A DNA stretch of 64,000 bases from Candidatus Latescibacterota bacterium (GTDB lineage: Bacteria; Latescibacterota; UBA2968; UBA8231). A program made the translations under genes and the position numbers. The stretch covers positions 2,016,001 through 2,080,000 of the forward strand of contig OZ252098.1 of the NCBI GenBank assembly GCA_965248355.1, written 5' to 3'. Under the pieces are notes generated by a model. It searched no databases. It was not told where the DNA came from and saw only the letters and a list, made by a program, of their open reading frames with translations. Below, piece after piece: positions 19,136 to 29,234 of the stretch (the first letter of the stretch is position 1; each line of letters opens with the position of its first letter).

Positions 19136-19909
19136 GTGAGGATCGACGTGGTGACCCTGTTTCCGGGGTTCTTCACCCAGCCCCTGGAAACCAGCATCCT
19201 GGGACGGGCGGTGGCCGGCGGACACCTGGAGGTCGCCGTGCACGACCTGCGGTCCTGGGCCACCGGCCGTCACCGCACCGTGGACGACGCGCCTTTCGGC
19301 GGAGGCGGCGGCATGCTGATCAAGCCCGAGCCCGTGGCCGCCTGCTGGGAGGACCTGCAGCTGGACCGCGGCCTGAGCATCTACCTCACCGCCGACGGCG
19401 AGCCCCTCGACCAGCAGCTGGCGGCGGAGCTGTCCCTGGAGCAGCACCTGGTGCTGCTCTGCGGCCACTACAAGGGGGTGGACGAACGCCTGCGCCAGCG
19501 CTTCATCGACCGCGAGCTGTCGATCGGCGACTACGTGCTCACCGGCGGGGAGCCGGCGGCCCTCGTGGTGATCGATGCCGTGACCCGGTTGCTGCCCGGT
19601 GTCCTCGGCGACTTCAGCTCGGCCATGGCCGACTCGTTCCACGACGGGCTGCTCGACTGTCCGTGGTACACGAGGCCCGCCGAGTTCGACGGCCAGCGCG
19701 TGCCCGAGGAGCTTCTCCGCGGGGACCACGGGCAGGTCGAGGCCTGGCGCCGCCGGCAGGCGCTTCGCCGCACCTTCGAGCGCCGCCCGGACCTGCTGCC
19801 GGCCGCGGACCTGGACGAGAGGGAGCTGCGGCTGGTCGAGGACTGGTCGAAAGAGCGAGAGGCCGGCAACGGCCGGCCCGAATCAACACTGGACAGAGAA
19901 AGGGTCTGA
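19136..19909 (+). CDS. trmD: tRNA (guanine-N1)-methyltransferase
   Basis: DVVTLFP, VDDAPFGGGGGM, LCGHYKGVDER, SIGDYVLTGGE, YTRP. Confidence 0.97.
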   Translation: MRIDVVTLFPGFFTQPLETSILGRAVAGGHLEVAVHDLRSWATGRHRTVDDAPFGGGGGMLIKPEPVAACWEDLQLDRGLSIYLTADGEPLDQQLAAELSLEQHLVLLCGHYKGVDERLRQRFIDRELSIGDYVLTGGEPAALVVIDAVTRLLPGVLGDFSSAMADSFHDGLLDCPWYTRPAEFDGQRVPEELLRGDHGQVEAWRRRQALRRTFERRPDLLPAADLDERELRLVEDWSKEREAGNGRPESTLDRERV

Positions 19910-20257
19910 ATGGACACTGGTATCCTGCGGGAGATCACCGCCGATCAGCTGCGCACCGATCTGCCGGAATTCCTGGCCGGGGACTCGCTGCGCATCCACG
20001 TGCGAGTCATCGAGGGAGAGAAGGAGCGCATCCAGGTCTTCGAGGGGGACGTCATCCAACGCAAGGGCAGCGGCATCCACGAGACCTTCACCGTGCGCAA
20101 GGTGAGCCAGGGCGTGGCCGTGGAGCGGATCTTTCCCCTCCACTCACCGCGCATCCTGAGGATCGAGCGCCTGCGGCGGGGCCGGGTGCGCCGGGCGCGC
20201 CTGTTCTACCTGCGCAACCGCAAGGGGCGCTCGGCCCGCATCCGGGAGAAGCGGTGA
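19910..20257 (+). CDS. rplS: 50S ribosomal protein L19
   Basis: [40 protein letters not shown]. Confidence 0.97.
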   Translation: MDTGILREITADQLRTDLPEFLAGDSLRIHVRVIEGEKERIQVFEGDVIQRKGSGIHETFTVRKVSQGVAVERIFPLHSPRILRIERLRRGRVRRARLFYLRNRKGRSARIREKR

Positions 20258-20268
20258 AGGAGAGCCCG

Positions 20269-20526
20269 GTGTCCACCCCGCCCGCCCTGCCCTTCACCCG
20301 CAAGAACTGGATCCTCTTTCTCGTGGGGCTGGGCACCATCGCCCTCGGCTACGTGCTGCTCCGGATCCCGCCGGTCGACGGACCCCTGTCCCTCACCGTG
20401 GCCCCCCTCCTGCTGGTCGCCGGCTACTGTGTGATCCTGCCGGCGGCGATCCTGGTCAGGGACCGCGGTCCCGGCCGGGAGAACGCGGATGGGGAGGCCG
20501 CCGAGGCCGGGGAGCCGCGCCCATGA
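20269..20526 (+). CDS. Small two-TM membrane protein (DUF3098-like)
   Basis: PFTRKNWILFLVGL...LSLTVAPLLLVAGY; AAGGAG SD before GTG. Confidence 0.7.
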   Translation: MSTPPALPFTRKNWILFLVGLGTIALGYVLLRIPPVDGPLSLTVAPLLLVAGYCVILPAAILVRDRGPGRENADGEAAEAGEPRP

Positions 20527-21347
20527 CCGCAACCGCCCTCCCCCACCCGGCCGACCTCTACAGCGGCGACCGCGTCGCCCGTCCGGTGGAGAGCCTGGAA
20601 TCCGTCGGCGGCGCCGGGCGTTCCTTCTTCCACGACCACGGATACCTGGCCATTCGCCGGGCCGTCTCCCGGGAGCGGGTCCGGGCGGCGTCGGCCGCGG
20701 TGGACGACCTGATCGACGGGGTCGATCCCGGATTCCGCGGCGTCCAGTTCGAGGCCGGCGGCGGCCGGCAACTGCCGCCGCGGCAGCGCCGGCGGCGGGT
20801 GCGCAAGCTGATGAGCTTCGTCGACTACCATCCGGCGCTGAAGGAGTTGAGCGAGGACCCGGCCCTTCTGAGCCTGGTCAGCGGCCTCATGGATGGCGAG
20901 ACACCGCAGATGTTCCAGGACATGGCCCTGCTCAAGCCTCCGGGGGGCCGGGAGAAACCCTGGCACCAGGACATGGCCTACTTCAACCTGCCGCTGCACA
21001 CCCCCGTCGTCGGTCTCTGGATCGCCCTCGACGAGGCGACCGTGGCCAACGGCGCCCTGCACGTCATCCCCGGCTCGCACCGCGAGGGTCCGAGCGATCA
21101 CTTCAACCGGCGCGACTGGCAGATCTGCGACACCGACGTGGCCACCGGCCGGGATCTGGTCGTGCCTCTGCCCCCGGGGGGCGCCCTCCTGTGGCACGGC
21201 CTGACCCACCACGGCAGTCCCGTCAACCACTCCCGCCGCCGCCGCCGGGCGTTGCAGTTCCACTACCGCCCCGCCTCGGCCGAAGAGACCACCGCCAAAG
21301 AGCGCATGCATGTCTTCGGCGGCGAGGTGCGCGGCGCCGAGTGCTGA
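20523..21347 (+). CDS. Phytanoyl-CoA dioxygenase family (2OG-Fe(II)) protein
   Basis: KPWHQD, WIALD, NGALHVIPGSH, HHGS..N.S...RR. Confidence 0.92.
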   Translation: MTATALPHPADLYSGDRVARPVESLESVGGAGRSFFHDHGYLAIRRAVSRERVRAASAAVDDLIDGVDPGFRGVQFEAGGGRQLPPRQRRRRVRKLMSFVDYHPALKELSEDPALLSLVSGLMDGETPQMFQDMALLKPPGGREKPWHQDMAYFNLPLHTPVVGLWIALDEATVANGALHVIPGSHREGPSDHFNRRDWQICDTDVATGRDLVVPLPPGGALLWHGLTHHGSPVNHSRRRRRALQFHYRPASAEETTAKERMHVFGGEVRGAEC

Positions 21348-21414
21348 GCGGCAGCCTGGGGCGTACGGTGGCCTTCCTCGAGCGGCTCCCGGCGCCGCCG
21401 TCGGCGCGCCGAAC

Positions 21415-22920
21415 TCAGTCGCCGCCCGGACCGGCCGCAGCGGCTTCGGAGGTGGTCAGCAGGTCGAGCTGGTTCTCGGCCGCGGCGTCGGTCGACTCGC
21501 AGCCGGCGAAGGGGTGGCCGCCGCCGATGCAGTAGGTGCACAACTGCCCGGACCCGATGCCGAGGTGCTCGAAGGCCCGCATCATTCCCCGGGTGGAGAT
21601 GTAGACCACCGGCAGGCCCATCTTCTCGCTGATCTCCCGGGGCCCCCGTCCGCGGGCGATGAACTCCTCGCCCGCCGGAGGCGTGGGCGGCATGTCCACG
21701 CCGAACATGCAACCCCGCGGCACGCCGTCGCCGGGGATGATGCCGATGGGCGGGGTGTACGACGCCACATAGGCCTTCTTCACGCCCAGGTCGTCGTAGA
21801 GCAGGTTGCGGGCGCGGAGCAGGTTGTTGCCCCGCACGATGCTGTCGTCGATCAGCAGCACCGTCCGGCCCGACAGCCGCGGACCCAGCCCGGGCAGCAG
21901 ATGCAGGTTGTCATCGATCGACTGCTTGCGGTCCCGGGCGGTCGATCCCTGGAAGGCCCGCTCGCCGCGCATCTTGTAGAACACGGGCATGAAGGGCAGG
22001 CCGCGGATCTGGGCGTACGAGCGCGCCGCCACCTCCGGGCACCGCGGCAGGAAGGTGACCACGTCCACGTCGGACGGGCTGAACTCCTCCGCCAGGATCT
22101 GCCCCAGTCTCTCGCGGACCTGGCGGGCGGCGACGTGATTGATGATGGAGTCCACGTCGGAGATGTAGTTCCACTCGAAGAAGCAATGACTCGGCCGCGG
22201 ATCGACGAGGCTCTCCTTGGAGTACTCGCCCTCCGGCGTCAGGTAGTAGACCGACCCCGGGGCGAGATCCTCGATGTACTCGCCGCCGTTCTTCCGGAAG
22301 GCGATGTCCTCGGAGGCCACGCCGTACTTGCCGTCCTTCCAGCCGAGCACTCCCGGCTTGATCCCCGTGCGGTCGCGCAGCACGATCACGTCCCGCTTGC
22401 GCCAGTCGGCGATGGCCATCGTGTAGGCCCCCGGCACGCGGCGCAGAAAGGCCTGCTCGCCGTCGCGGCGGTAGAGGTAGAGGAGGGCCTCCGTGTCGCA
22501 GGTCGACTTCACCCGGGAGAGGTCGATACCGTCCAGGTAGCCGAAGTCTACCTGGCCGTTGTGGACGGCGGCCATCTGGCAGTCGCGGAACAGGATGTGG
22601 TTGCCGCGGTTCTCGACCTGCCCCCCGAGCACGTGCGGGTGGGCGTCGTCGAGGATCTCTTCCTTGCGGCCCTGGGTGGCGTAGCGCACGTGGGCCATGT
22701 AGGTGTGGTAGCTGGGGCTGGGGAAGATCTTGTGCAGGTCGGTGACGTCGAAGCGGTCCACGCCCCCGGCCCACTTGATGACGTCGATGCGGCCTTCGCC
22801 CACGGCGGCGATACCGGCCCCCTCGCGGCCCCGGTGCTGCAGGGATCGGATGAAGGAGTAGGCGTCGTGGAGGGTGTGGGCGACGCAGAATCCGCAGTTG
22901 TGGCGGATGGCGTCTTCCAT
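21415..22920 (-). CDS. purF: Amidophosphoribosyltransferase (divergent, Fe-S type)
   Basis: Short propeptide then CGF, LQHRG, AHVRYAT, VHNG, CFFE, IDDSIVRG, CMFGVD, CTYC. Confidence 0.85.
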   Translation of the reverse strand: MEDAIRHNCGFCVAHTLHDAYSFIRSLQHRGREGAGIAAVGEGRIDVIKWAGGVDRFDVTDLHKIFPSPSYHTYMAHVRYATQGRKEEILDDAHPHVLGGQVENRGNHILFRDCQMAAVHNGQVDFGYLDGIDLSRVKSTCDTEALLYLYRRDGEQAFLRRVPGAYTMAIADWRKRDVIVLRDRTGIKPGVLGWKDGKYGVASEDIAFRKNGGEYIEDLAPGSVYYLTPEGEYSKESLVDPRPSHCFFEWNYISDVDSIINHVAARQVRERLGQILAEEFSPSDVDVVTFLPRCPEVAARSYAQIRGLPFMPVFYKMRGERAFQGSTARDRKQSIDDNLHLLPGLGPRLSGRTVLLIDDSIVRGNNLLRARNLLYDDLGVKKAYVASYTPPIGIIPGDGVPRGCMFGVDMPPTPPAGEEFIARGRGPREISEKMGLPVVYISTRGMMRAFEHLGIGSGQLCTYCIGGGHPFAGCESTDAAAENQLDLLTTSEAAAAGPGGD

Positions 22921-23033
22921 CGAGCTAGCGCACCGGCCCGGATGCGCGGCTCAGGCCCGGGCCGCCGTACCTGTCAGCTGTCGTCATCAAGTCTCCACCC
23001 CTCGTCACGGTTCGCCGCCGAGAATATATGGCT

Positions 23034-23867
23034 TCATGGCCACCGGGTCTCGAAGGCGTCCCCGCCCTGCCCGTGGACCAGGTCCCCGTAGGCGCGCCAT
23101 CCGGCGATTTCCGCCTCGGTGGCCGCAGGGGCCCGAAGGGCGGCGAGGTTGGCCCGCAGATCGGCCACGGGGCCCGTCGACGTGAGCGCCACCTGAACGG
23201 CGTCGTGCTCCAGGGCGAAGCGGTAGCAGTCGGCGGCCGAGGGAACGGGTCCGGACCACCGGGGGTGGCCGGCCAGCAGCCCGCCCCAGCGCGTGCAGGT
23301 GAAGGCGACGACGGGGATGCGCCGCGCCAGGGCCGCGGGCAGCACGGCTTCCTCCGCCCCCCGGTGGGCCATGTTGTAGCGGTGCATGAGCACGTCGATG
23401 CGGCCGCTCTCGAGGAGGCGCCGCGCCAGGGGCCGGTTGTGCGCGGTGCCGCCTACGTAGCGGATGCGGCCCTCCGCCTTCCACCTGTGCAGCAGGCCGA
23501 CGACGCCGTCGTCGGCGAGCAGCCGGTCCAGGTCGTCTCCGGGATGGACGTACTCGGCGAAGAACAGGTCGACGGGATCCGCCGACAGACGCCCCTCCAC
23601 CTCTGAAAGATAGTCCTCCACCTCCGCGGGGTCCCGGCTCTCGGAGCCGGTGGCCCGGAAGACGTCCTTCCTGCGGCCGAGGGGTGCCAGGCCGTCCACC
23701 AGGCCGGTGAAGCCGAGGTTGTAGAAGAAGAACAGGTTGACCCCGGCCTCGAGGGCGGCCGGCACACAGCGAGGGTCCGTGCTCGGGTGGCCCGCCAGTC
23801 CAAGGCGGGAAGCGGGGCTGCCGTCCTCGCAGCGCAGGGGCCGGGCCGTCCCGGCGGGCGCCGTCAG
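23034..23867 (-). CDS. Aldo/keto reductase family protein
   Basis: SRLGL, ALEAGVNLF, KAEGRIRYVG..AH, MHRYN; in-frame coding extends upstream of GTG 23765, possible CTG start at 23867. Confidence 0.8.
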   Translation of the reverse strand: MTAPAGTARPLRCEDGSPASRLGLAGHPSTDPRCVPAALEAGVNLFFFYNLGFTGLVDGLAPLGRRKDVFRATGSESRDPAEVEDYLSEVEGRLSADPVDLFFAEYVHPGDDLDRLLADDGVVGLLHRWKAEGRIRYVGGTAHNRPLARRLLESGRIDVLMHRYNMAHRGAEEAVLPAALARRIPVVAFTCTRWGGLLAGHPRWSGPVPSAADCYRFALEHDAVQVALTSTGPVADLRANLAALRAPAATEAEIAGWRAYGDLVHGQGGDAFETRWP

Positions 23868-23892
23868 GGCTCCGCCACCCGGGCAAGGGTCG

Positions 23893-24231
23893 TCAGATCG
23901 CCGATTCGCCGGTCTCCCCGGTGCGGATGCGGACCACCTCGTCGACGGAGAGCACGAAGATCTTGCCGTCGCCGATGTGTCCCGTGCTGGCCGCTTCCTT
24001 CACCGCGTCCATGGACCGCTGGGCGATCGAGTCGGCGACGACCACGTCGATCTGCAGTTTGGGCGTGAAGTCGATGTTGTACTCGGAGCCGCGGTAGATC
24101 TCCTTGTGGCCCTTCTGCCGCCCGAATCCCTTCACCTCGCTCACCGTCATGCCCATCACGCCCAGATCGCTCAGGGCTTCCTTGACCCTCTCGAGCGCGT
24201 TGGGCCGAACGATGCATTTCAGCAGCTTCAT
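23893..24231 (-). CDS. glnK: P-II nitrogen regulatory protein
   Basis: 112 aa; GFGRQKG, T-loop EIYRGSEY, TGHIGDGKIFV, RIRTGE; adjacent to amtB. Confidence 0.95.
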   Translation of the reverse strand: MKLLKCIVRPNALERVKEALSDLGVMGMTVSEVKGFGRQKGHKEIYRGSEYNIDFTPKLQIDVVVADSIAQRSMDAVKEAASTGHIGDGKIFVLSVDEVVRIRTGETGESAI

Positions 24232-24271
24232 GGCCTCCCTCCCTCCTTCCGGCGGTAAGACGGTGAACCCT

Positions 24272-25645
24272 TCAGACCTCCGAATAGTAGCCCTGCTCGT
24301 TGTGCAGGGAGATGTCCAGACCGCGGTCCTCCTCTTCCTCCTCGACGCGCAGGCCGATGACGGCATCGATGGCCTTGAGGATGACGAAGGACAGAACGGC
24401 GCAGTAGATGGTGGTGACGAGCACGCCCACGATCTGCGCCCATACCTGGCTGCCCATGGTGTGGGTCAGGCCGGCGGCGGTGCGGCCGAAGCCCTGGCCT
24501 CCGAGGGACTCGGCGGCGAAGACGCCCGTGAGAACGGCGCCGGCCATGCCGCCGATGCCGTGCACGCCGAAGACGTCGAGGGAGTCGTCGTAGCCGAGCC
24601 GCTGCTTCAGGCTGGTGGCGCCCCAGAAACACAGCACCCCGGCGGCGGCGCCGATGGCGATGGCGCCCAGGGGGCCGACGCTGCCCGAGGCCGGTGTGAT
24701 GGCCACCATGCCTCCCACCGCCCCGGTGACGATGCCGAGCACGCTCGCCTTGCCGTGCTTGATCCACTCCACCACCATCCACGCAACGGCGGCCGTGGCC
24801 GTGGCCACCTGGGTGACGAGCATGGCCATGCCCGCCACGCCGTCGGCGGCCAGGGCCGAACCGGCGTTGAAGCCGAACCAGCCGACCCACAGCATGGAGG
24901 CGCCGATAACGGTGATCACCAGGCTGTGGGGTGGGATGAGGGTGTCCGGATGGCCGCGCCGCCTGCCGATGACCACTGCGGCCACCAGAGCGGCGACGCC
25001 GGCGTTGATGTGGACCACGGTGCCGCCGGCGAAGTCGATGATGCCCCGGTCCCAGAAGAAGGCCCCGTCGCCGCTCCAGGTCATGTGGCAGATCGGCGCG
25101 TAGACCACGGTCGACCAGACCGCCATGAACAGCAGCATGGCCGAGAACTTCATGCGCTCGGCGAAGGCGCCGACGATCAGGGCCGGAGTGATGATGGCGA
25201 AGGTCAGCTGAAAGGTGACGAAGACCGTCTCGGGCACCGTGCCGGTGAGGGAGTCGATGCCGACGCCGCGCAGGAAGGCCTTGTCGAGGCCGCCCAGGAA
25301 GGAGGCGGCGTTGATGACCCCGGCCTCCATCCCCGAGGTGTCGAAGGCCAGGCTGTAGCCCCAGACCACCCAGATCAGGGTCACCACCGCGGCCAGCGTG
25401 AAGCACTGCATCAGCACCGAGAGCACGTTCTTCGTGCGCACCAGGCCGCCGTAGAACAGGGCCAGTCCGGGGATCGTCATGGAAAGCACGAGGGCCGTGG
25501 AGGTCAGCATCCAGGCCGTGTCTCCGGAGTCGAGGCCGTCCGCCCGGGCCGCCGCGGGGACCAGGAGCCAGGCGAGCGCGGCGCTCCAGAGGACCACCTG
25601 GCGGCGGCCTCGATGCCCGGCCTGCGATGAGGGATTTCCTGCCAT
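24272..25645 (-). CDS. amtB: Ammonium transporter
   Basis: DTAWML, PGLALFYGG, DFAGGTVVHINAG, GWFGFNAGS, DDSLDVFGVHG (twin His intact). Confidence 0.97.
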   Translation of the reverse strand: MAGNPSSQAGHRGRRQVVLWSAALAWLLVPAAARADGLDSGDTAWMLTSTALVLSMTIPGLALFYGGLVRTKNVLSVLMQCFTLAAVVTLIWVVWGYSLAFDTSGMEAGVINAASFLGGLDKAFLRGVGIDSLTGTVPETVFVTFQLTFAIITPALIVGAFAERMKFSAMLLFMAVWSTVVYAPICHMTWSGDGAFFWDRGIIDFAGGTVVHINAGVAALVAAVVIGRRRGHPDTLIPPHSLVITVIGASMLWVGWFGFNAGSALAADGVAGMAMLVTQVATATAAVAWMVVEWIKHGKASVLGIVTGAVGGMVAITPASGSVGPLGAIAIGAAAGVLCFWGATSLKQRLGYDDSLDVFGVHGIGGMAGAVLTGVFAAESLGGQGFGRTAAGLTHTMGSQVWAQIVGVLVTTIYCAVLSFVILKAIDAVIGLRVEEEEEDRGLDISLHNEQGYYSEV

Positions 25646-25681
25646 GGTGCCCTTTCCGTTGGGTGCGATGGTGATTGTTCC

Positions 25682-27430
25682 CTACTCGTACAGCTCCACG
25701 GCCGTCTCGCCGCGGGCGAAGCGCTGCGCCGTGGCCGCCGCCGACTGGCTGCCGATCTGCCGGCGCGTGTCCGCCGCCCAGCGCGACAGCCCGACGAGCA
25801 GCTGGTTGCGGGCCGGGTGGCCGGCGCAGCGCTCCCACTCGTCGAAGACCGTGCGCAGGGTGTGCAGCAGGTTCCAGCCGTTGTCGTCGTTCAGGATGGC
25901 CCGGCCCAGCTCGCGCAGCAGGCGGTCGCCGTCGTGGCCGGCGCCCAGGTATTCCCGCGTCATGCGGCCGATGCGCCGCACCTGGATCGACTCGATGGCC
26001 TCCACGATGCGCTCCAGGGCGGCGTCCTCCTCCCCGGGGGCGGCTTCGGGACCGTCGGCCGCCTCCGCCTCGCCGAGCCGGCGCTGCGGGATGTTCAGCC
26101 AGCGGTCGTCGAAGAACTGCCAGGCCGCGTGGTACAGGGCCCGCCGCGCCGCTCCCGCCCCGGCGCGGCGGTTGACGGTGCGCACCGCCGAGGCCAGCGA
26201 CATCTCCCAGGCCAGGCCCCCCCACCCCGGGCTCATGCCCACGGGGGTGCGGGCCATGCGGTCGGCGGCGAGCATGACCATCGACGTGGCCAACTGCTCG
26301 ACGCCGGCCCCCTCCTTCAGGGCCCGGGTCACCGCGTCGAAGGCGGTGCGCACGTTGCCGCTCACCAGTCCCTCGACGAAGGCGGCCTCGTCGTAGTCGC
26401 CGGCGGCCTCGTCCGGGTCGTCGGGGATCGGCGTCTCCACGAACATCTCCATGGCCTCGCGCAGCAGGTCGCCGGGCACGCCCCGGCCGCGGCCGAGCAT
26501 CTTCGCCGCCGTGTTGCACACCAGCTCCTCGCCGATCTCCCAGCCGAACTCGTCGAGCAGCTCGATGAGGTAGCCCAGGTTCCTCAGGTTGTCGCGCATC
26601 CCGATGAAGTGGGGGGCCACGGCGCACTCGAAGAGCAGCGGCGTGATGTCCTCGTCGTGGCCGCCCTGGCCGCGGAGGGTGAGCAGGCACTTCTCGATCC
26701 CCTCCCACATCTTGTCCTCGGAGAAGTAGCGCACCCAGCCGGCGAGCTTGTCGTAGGGCACCGCCCCTTCGGAGGAGACCGGCGGCAGGGCCCGGGGCGG
26801 CGGCCGGTCGCCGGCGCGCCCCGAGGCGGCCGTGGCGGCCATCATCAGGGGGATGAGCCGCTCCTCCGGCTCGTAGCGCCGGGCCACGGCGAGGCCATTG
26901 ACGAACTGGGCCACCTCGTTGCCCGCCTCGCGGGCGTCGAGCTGGGTCGCCGCGTAGCGCCCCATGTGGCGCACGAGTCTCTCCAGGGTCTCGCGCTCGG
27001 AGACGCCGCGGGCCAGCAGGATGGCGATCGCCTTGGACAGGGTCCAGCTGTCGCCGTTGTTCAGGCCCTCCTCCAGCAGCAGGAAGTGGGCGTCGTCGCG
27101 CCTGGAGCCGCCGCTCTTGACGTTGACGTGGATCTCGCCGCCGCGCACCTCGACGGGATAGGTGTCCAGGTCGTCGCAGCCGCCGGTGAAGCAGCCGCCG
27201 CCGCCCAGGTCGTAGCTGTATCCGTGCCAGTCGCAGGTGAGCACGCCGTTGCGCACGATGCCGCGGGTGAGGGGGTAGCCCATGTGCGGACACTGGTTGT
27301 CGGTGGCGTAGTACCGGCCCTGGTGCTGGAAGAGGGCCACGCTGCGGCCCTCGACGCGGACCGCCTTCGGCCGCCCCTCGTCCACCTCATCCACGGAAGC
27401 AACCCTCGTGAAGTCTCCATTCGTGCTCAT
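25682..27430 (-). CDS. Rieske [2Fe-2S] domain fused to large helical domain of unknown function (paralog B)
   Basis: DNQCPHMGYPL..CDWHG Rieske motifs in first ~100 aa; ~480 aa helical C-terminus. Confidence 0.85.
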   Translation of the reverse strand: MSTNGDFTRVASVDEVDEGRPKAVRVEGRSVALFQHQGRYYATDNQCPHMGYPLTRGIVRNGVLTCDWHGYSYDLGGGGCFTGGCDDLDTYPVEVRGGEIHVNVKSGGSRRDDAHFLLLEEGLNNGDSWTLSKAIAILLARGVSERETLERLVRHMGRYAATQLDAREAGNEVAQFVNGLAVARRYEPEERLIPLMMAATAASGRAGDRPPPRALPPVSSEGAVPYDKLAGWVRYFSEDKMWEGIEKCLLTLRGQGGHDEDITPLLFECAVAPHFIGMRDNLRNLGYLIELLDEFGWEIGEELVCNTAAKMLGRGRGVPGDLLREAMEMFVETPIPDDPDEAAGDYDEAAFVEGLVSGNVRTAFDAVTRALKEGAGVEQLATSMVMLAADRMARTPVGMSPGWGGLAWEMSLASAVRTVNRRAGAGAARRALYHAAWQFFDDRWLNIPQRRLGEAEAADGPEAAPGEEDAALERIVEAIESIQVRRIGRMTREYLGAGHDGDRLLRELGRAILNDDNGWNLLHTLRTVFDEWERCAGHPARNQLLVGLSRWAADTRRQIGSQSAAATAQRFARGETAVELYE

Positions 27431-29211
27431 GGCTGCGTCGGCTCCTCGTCGGCGAATACGTCGATGGTGGTGAGCCCCTCGGCGAAGCGCAGGGCCGTGG
27501 TCGTGGCGGCGCCACTGGCCTTGCTGGTGCGCACGTCGGTGGCGTACCTCGCCAGACCGGCCACCAGCTGGACCGCGGCCGGGTGCCCGGCGCCGAGGGC
27601 GGCGTCGGAGCCCCGGGTGCGGGCGAACTCGTCGACCACCGTGCACAGCGTCGGCAGCAGCCGGGCGCCGGTGTCGTTCCACAGGATGAGCACCCCCAGC
27701 CGGTGCAGCAGGAGATCGGCGTCGAAGCCGGCGGCCAGGTAGGCGGCGGCGCTCTCGCCGGCGGCGTGAACGTCGAGGGTCTGCACCCCCCTGGCCACCT
27801 CCTCGACGCCCTCCGCGGCCGAGGAGACCGCCAGCGGCGCGGCCTCCGGGGGAGGGGAGAGGGGCCGGGCGGGGATGTTGAGCCAGCGGTCGGCAAACAG
27901 ATGCCAGGCCGCGTGGAACAGCCCCATGGCGGCGACCCGGGGACCGCCGATGCGCAGCGCCGTGCGCAGCGACCGGGCCAGGTCGAGCTCCAGGGTGAGG
28001 CAGTTCCAGCCGGCGTCGACGTTGACCGGCGTGCGCGCCATGCGGTCGGCGGCCACCAGCAGGAAGGTGGTGATCAGGCGCTCGAGGGAGACCCCGGACC
28101 GCAGCACCCGGGCCAGGGAATCGAAGGACCGCTCCAGGTCGCCGCTCAGCAGGTCGGCGGCCAGGGCGTCCTCGTCGAACTCGAGCCCGTCCCCCGGCGA
28201 GTCGGACGCCTGGTCGATGACGCCGCCGAGGTCGCGCATCTTGCGGATGGCGTCGCGGCGGAACAGCTCCGGCTCGCCGCGGCCCTGGCCCACGGTGCGG
28301 GACCCGAGGTTGAGGACCAGCTCCGACGACGCGTCCCAGCCGAAGCGGTCCACGACCTCGGCCAGGCAGGCCAGGGTGACGAGGTTCTCGCCGAAGCCGA
28401 GGAACCCCGGCTGCGCGGCGCACTCGAAGAGCAGCGGCAGGATGCGCCCCGTGTCGCCGCGGGAGCGGGCCGTGAACAGGCAGCGCTCGATGCGGTTGGC
28501 CTGGCCGTTGCGCGAGAACACGCGCACCCAGTCGTCGATGCGCTCCCCGGTGACCGGCTCGGGCAGGGGCACCACCTGCAGCCTCGACGCCGCCCCCCCG
28601 GAAGCCGCGGTGGCCGCCGTGGCCAGACAGGCGAGGTGGTCGGCGCCCTCGTAGCGGTCGGCCACCGCCAGGCCGCCCACCAGCCGCGCCAGGTCGGCGC
28701 CCGCCTCGGAGCCGCCCGAGCTGGCCACGCGCCGGCCGAAGTGCCGCAGCACCACGGCGACGATCTCCTCCCGCGGCACCCCGCCCCGCGACAGCAGGGC
28801 CAGGGCCTTGGAGATCGTCCAGCGGTCGCCGTGCAGAAGCCCCTCGCGCAGCAGCTCGAGATGCACCTCCTTGCGCCGGTATCCCTCCTCCTCCACCTGG
28901 ATCCACACCTGGCCGCCGGCGCGGACCTCCACCGGAAAGACGGCCAGGTCGTCGCACATGTTGTTGAAGCAGCCGCCGGCCTCCAGGTCGAAGCGGCGGC
29001 CGTGCCAGTCGCAGGTGAGCACGCCGTTGCGAACGACCCCGCGCGTGAGGGGGTAGCCCATGTGGGGGCACTGGTTGTCCGTGGCGTAGATGCGCCCCCC
29101 CTCGTTGAAGAGGGCCACGCTGCGCCCCTCCTCGCCGAGGCGCACCGCCCTGGCCTGGCCGGGAGCGATCTCCCCCACCGCGGCCACCTGCATCCAGCCG
29201 TTCTCCGTCAT
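27427..29211 (-). CDS. Rieske [2Fe-2S] domain fused to large helical domain of unknown function (paralog A)
   Basis: Same DNQCPHMGYPL..CDWHG motifs; colinear with paralog B (AADRMARTPV); 4-bp overlap. Confidence 0.85.
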   Translation of the reverse strand: MTENGWMQVAAVGEIAPGQARAVRLGEEGRSVALFNEGGRIYATDNQCPHMGYPLTRGVVRNGVLTCDWHGRRFDLEAGGCFNNMCDDLAVFPVEVRAGGQVWIQVEEEGYRRKEVHLELLREGLLHGDRWTISKALALLSRGGVPREEIVAVVLRHFGRRVASSGGSEAGADLARLVGGLAVADRYEGADHLACLATAATAASGGAASRLQVVPLPEPVTGERIDDWVRVFSRNGQANRIERCLFTARSRGDTGRILPLLFECAAQPGFLGFGENLVTLACLAEVVDRFGWDASSELVLNLGSRTVGQGRGEPELFRRDAIRKMRDLGGVIDQASDSPGDGLEFDEDALAADLLSGDLERSFDSLARVLRSGVSLERLITTFLLVAADRMARTPVNVDAGWNCLTLELDLARSLRTALRIGGPRVAAMGLFHAAWHLFADRWLNIPARPLSPPPEAAPLAVSSAAEGVEEVARGVQTLDVHAAGESAAAYLAAGFDADLLLHRLGVLILWNDTGARLLPTLCTVVDEFARTRGSDAALGAGHPAAVQLVAGLARYATDVRTSKASGAATTTALRFAEGLTTIDVFADEEPTQP

Positions 29212-29234
29212 TCTCTTCCTCTCCTCTTCTCCGG

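Noticed and set aside
27100..29120. Near-identical DNA blocks at about 27220-27350 and 29000-29125 as a repeat array or DGR template/variable repeat
   Set aside because: They are the conserved Rieske motifs of two paralogous genes; differences are not adenine-specific and no reverse transcriptase is present
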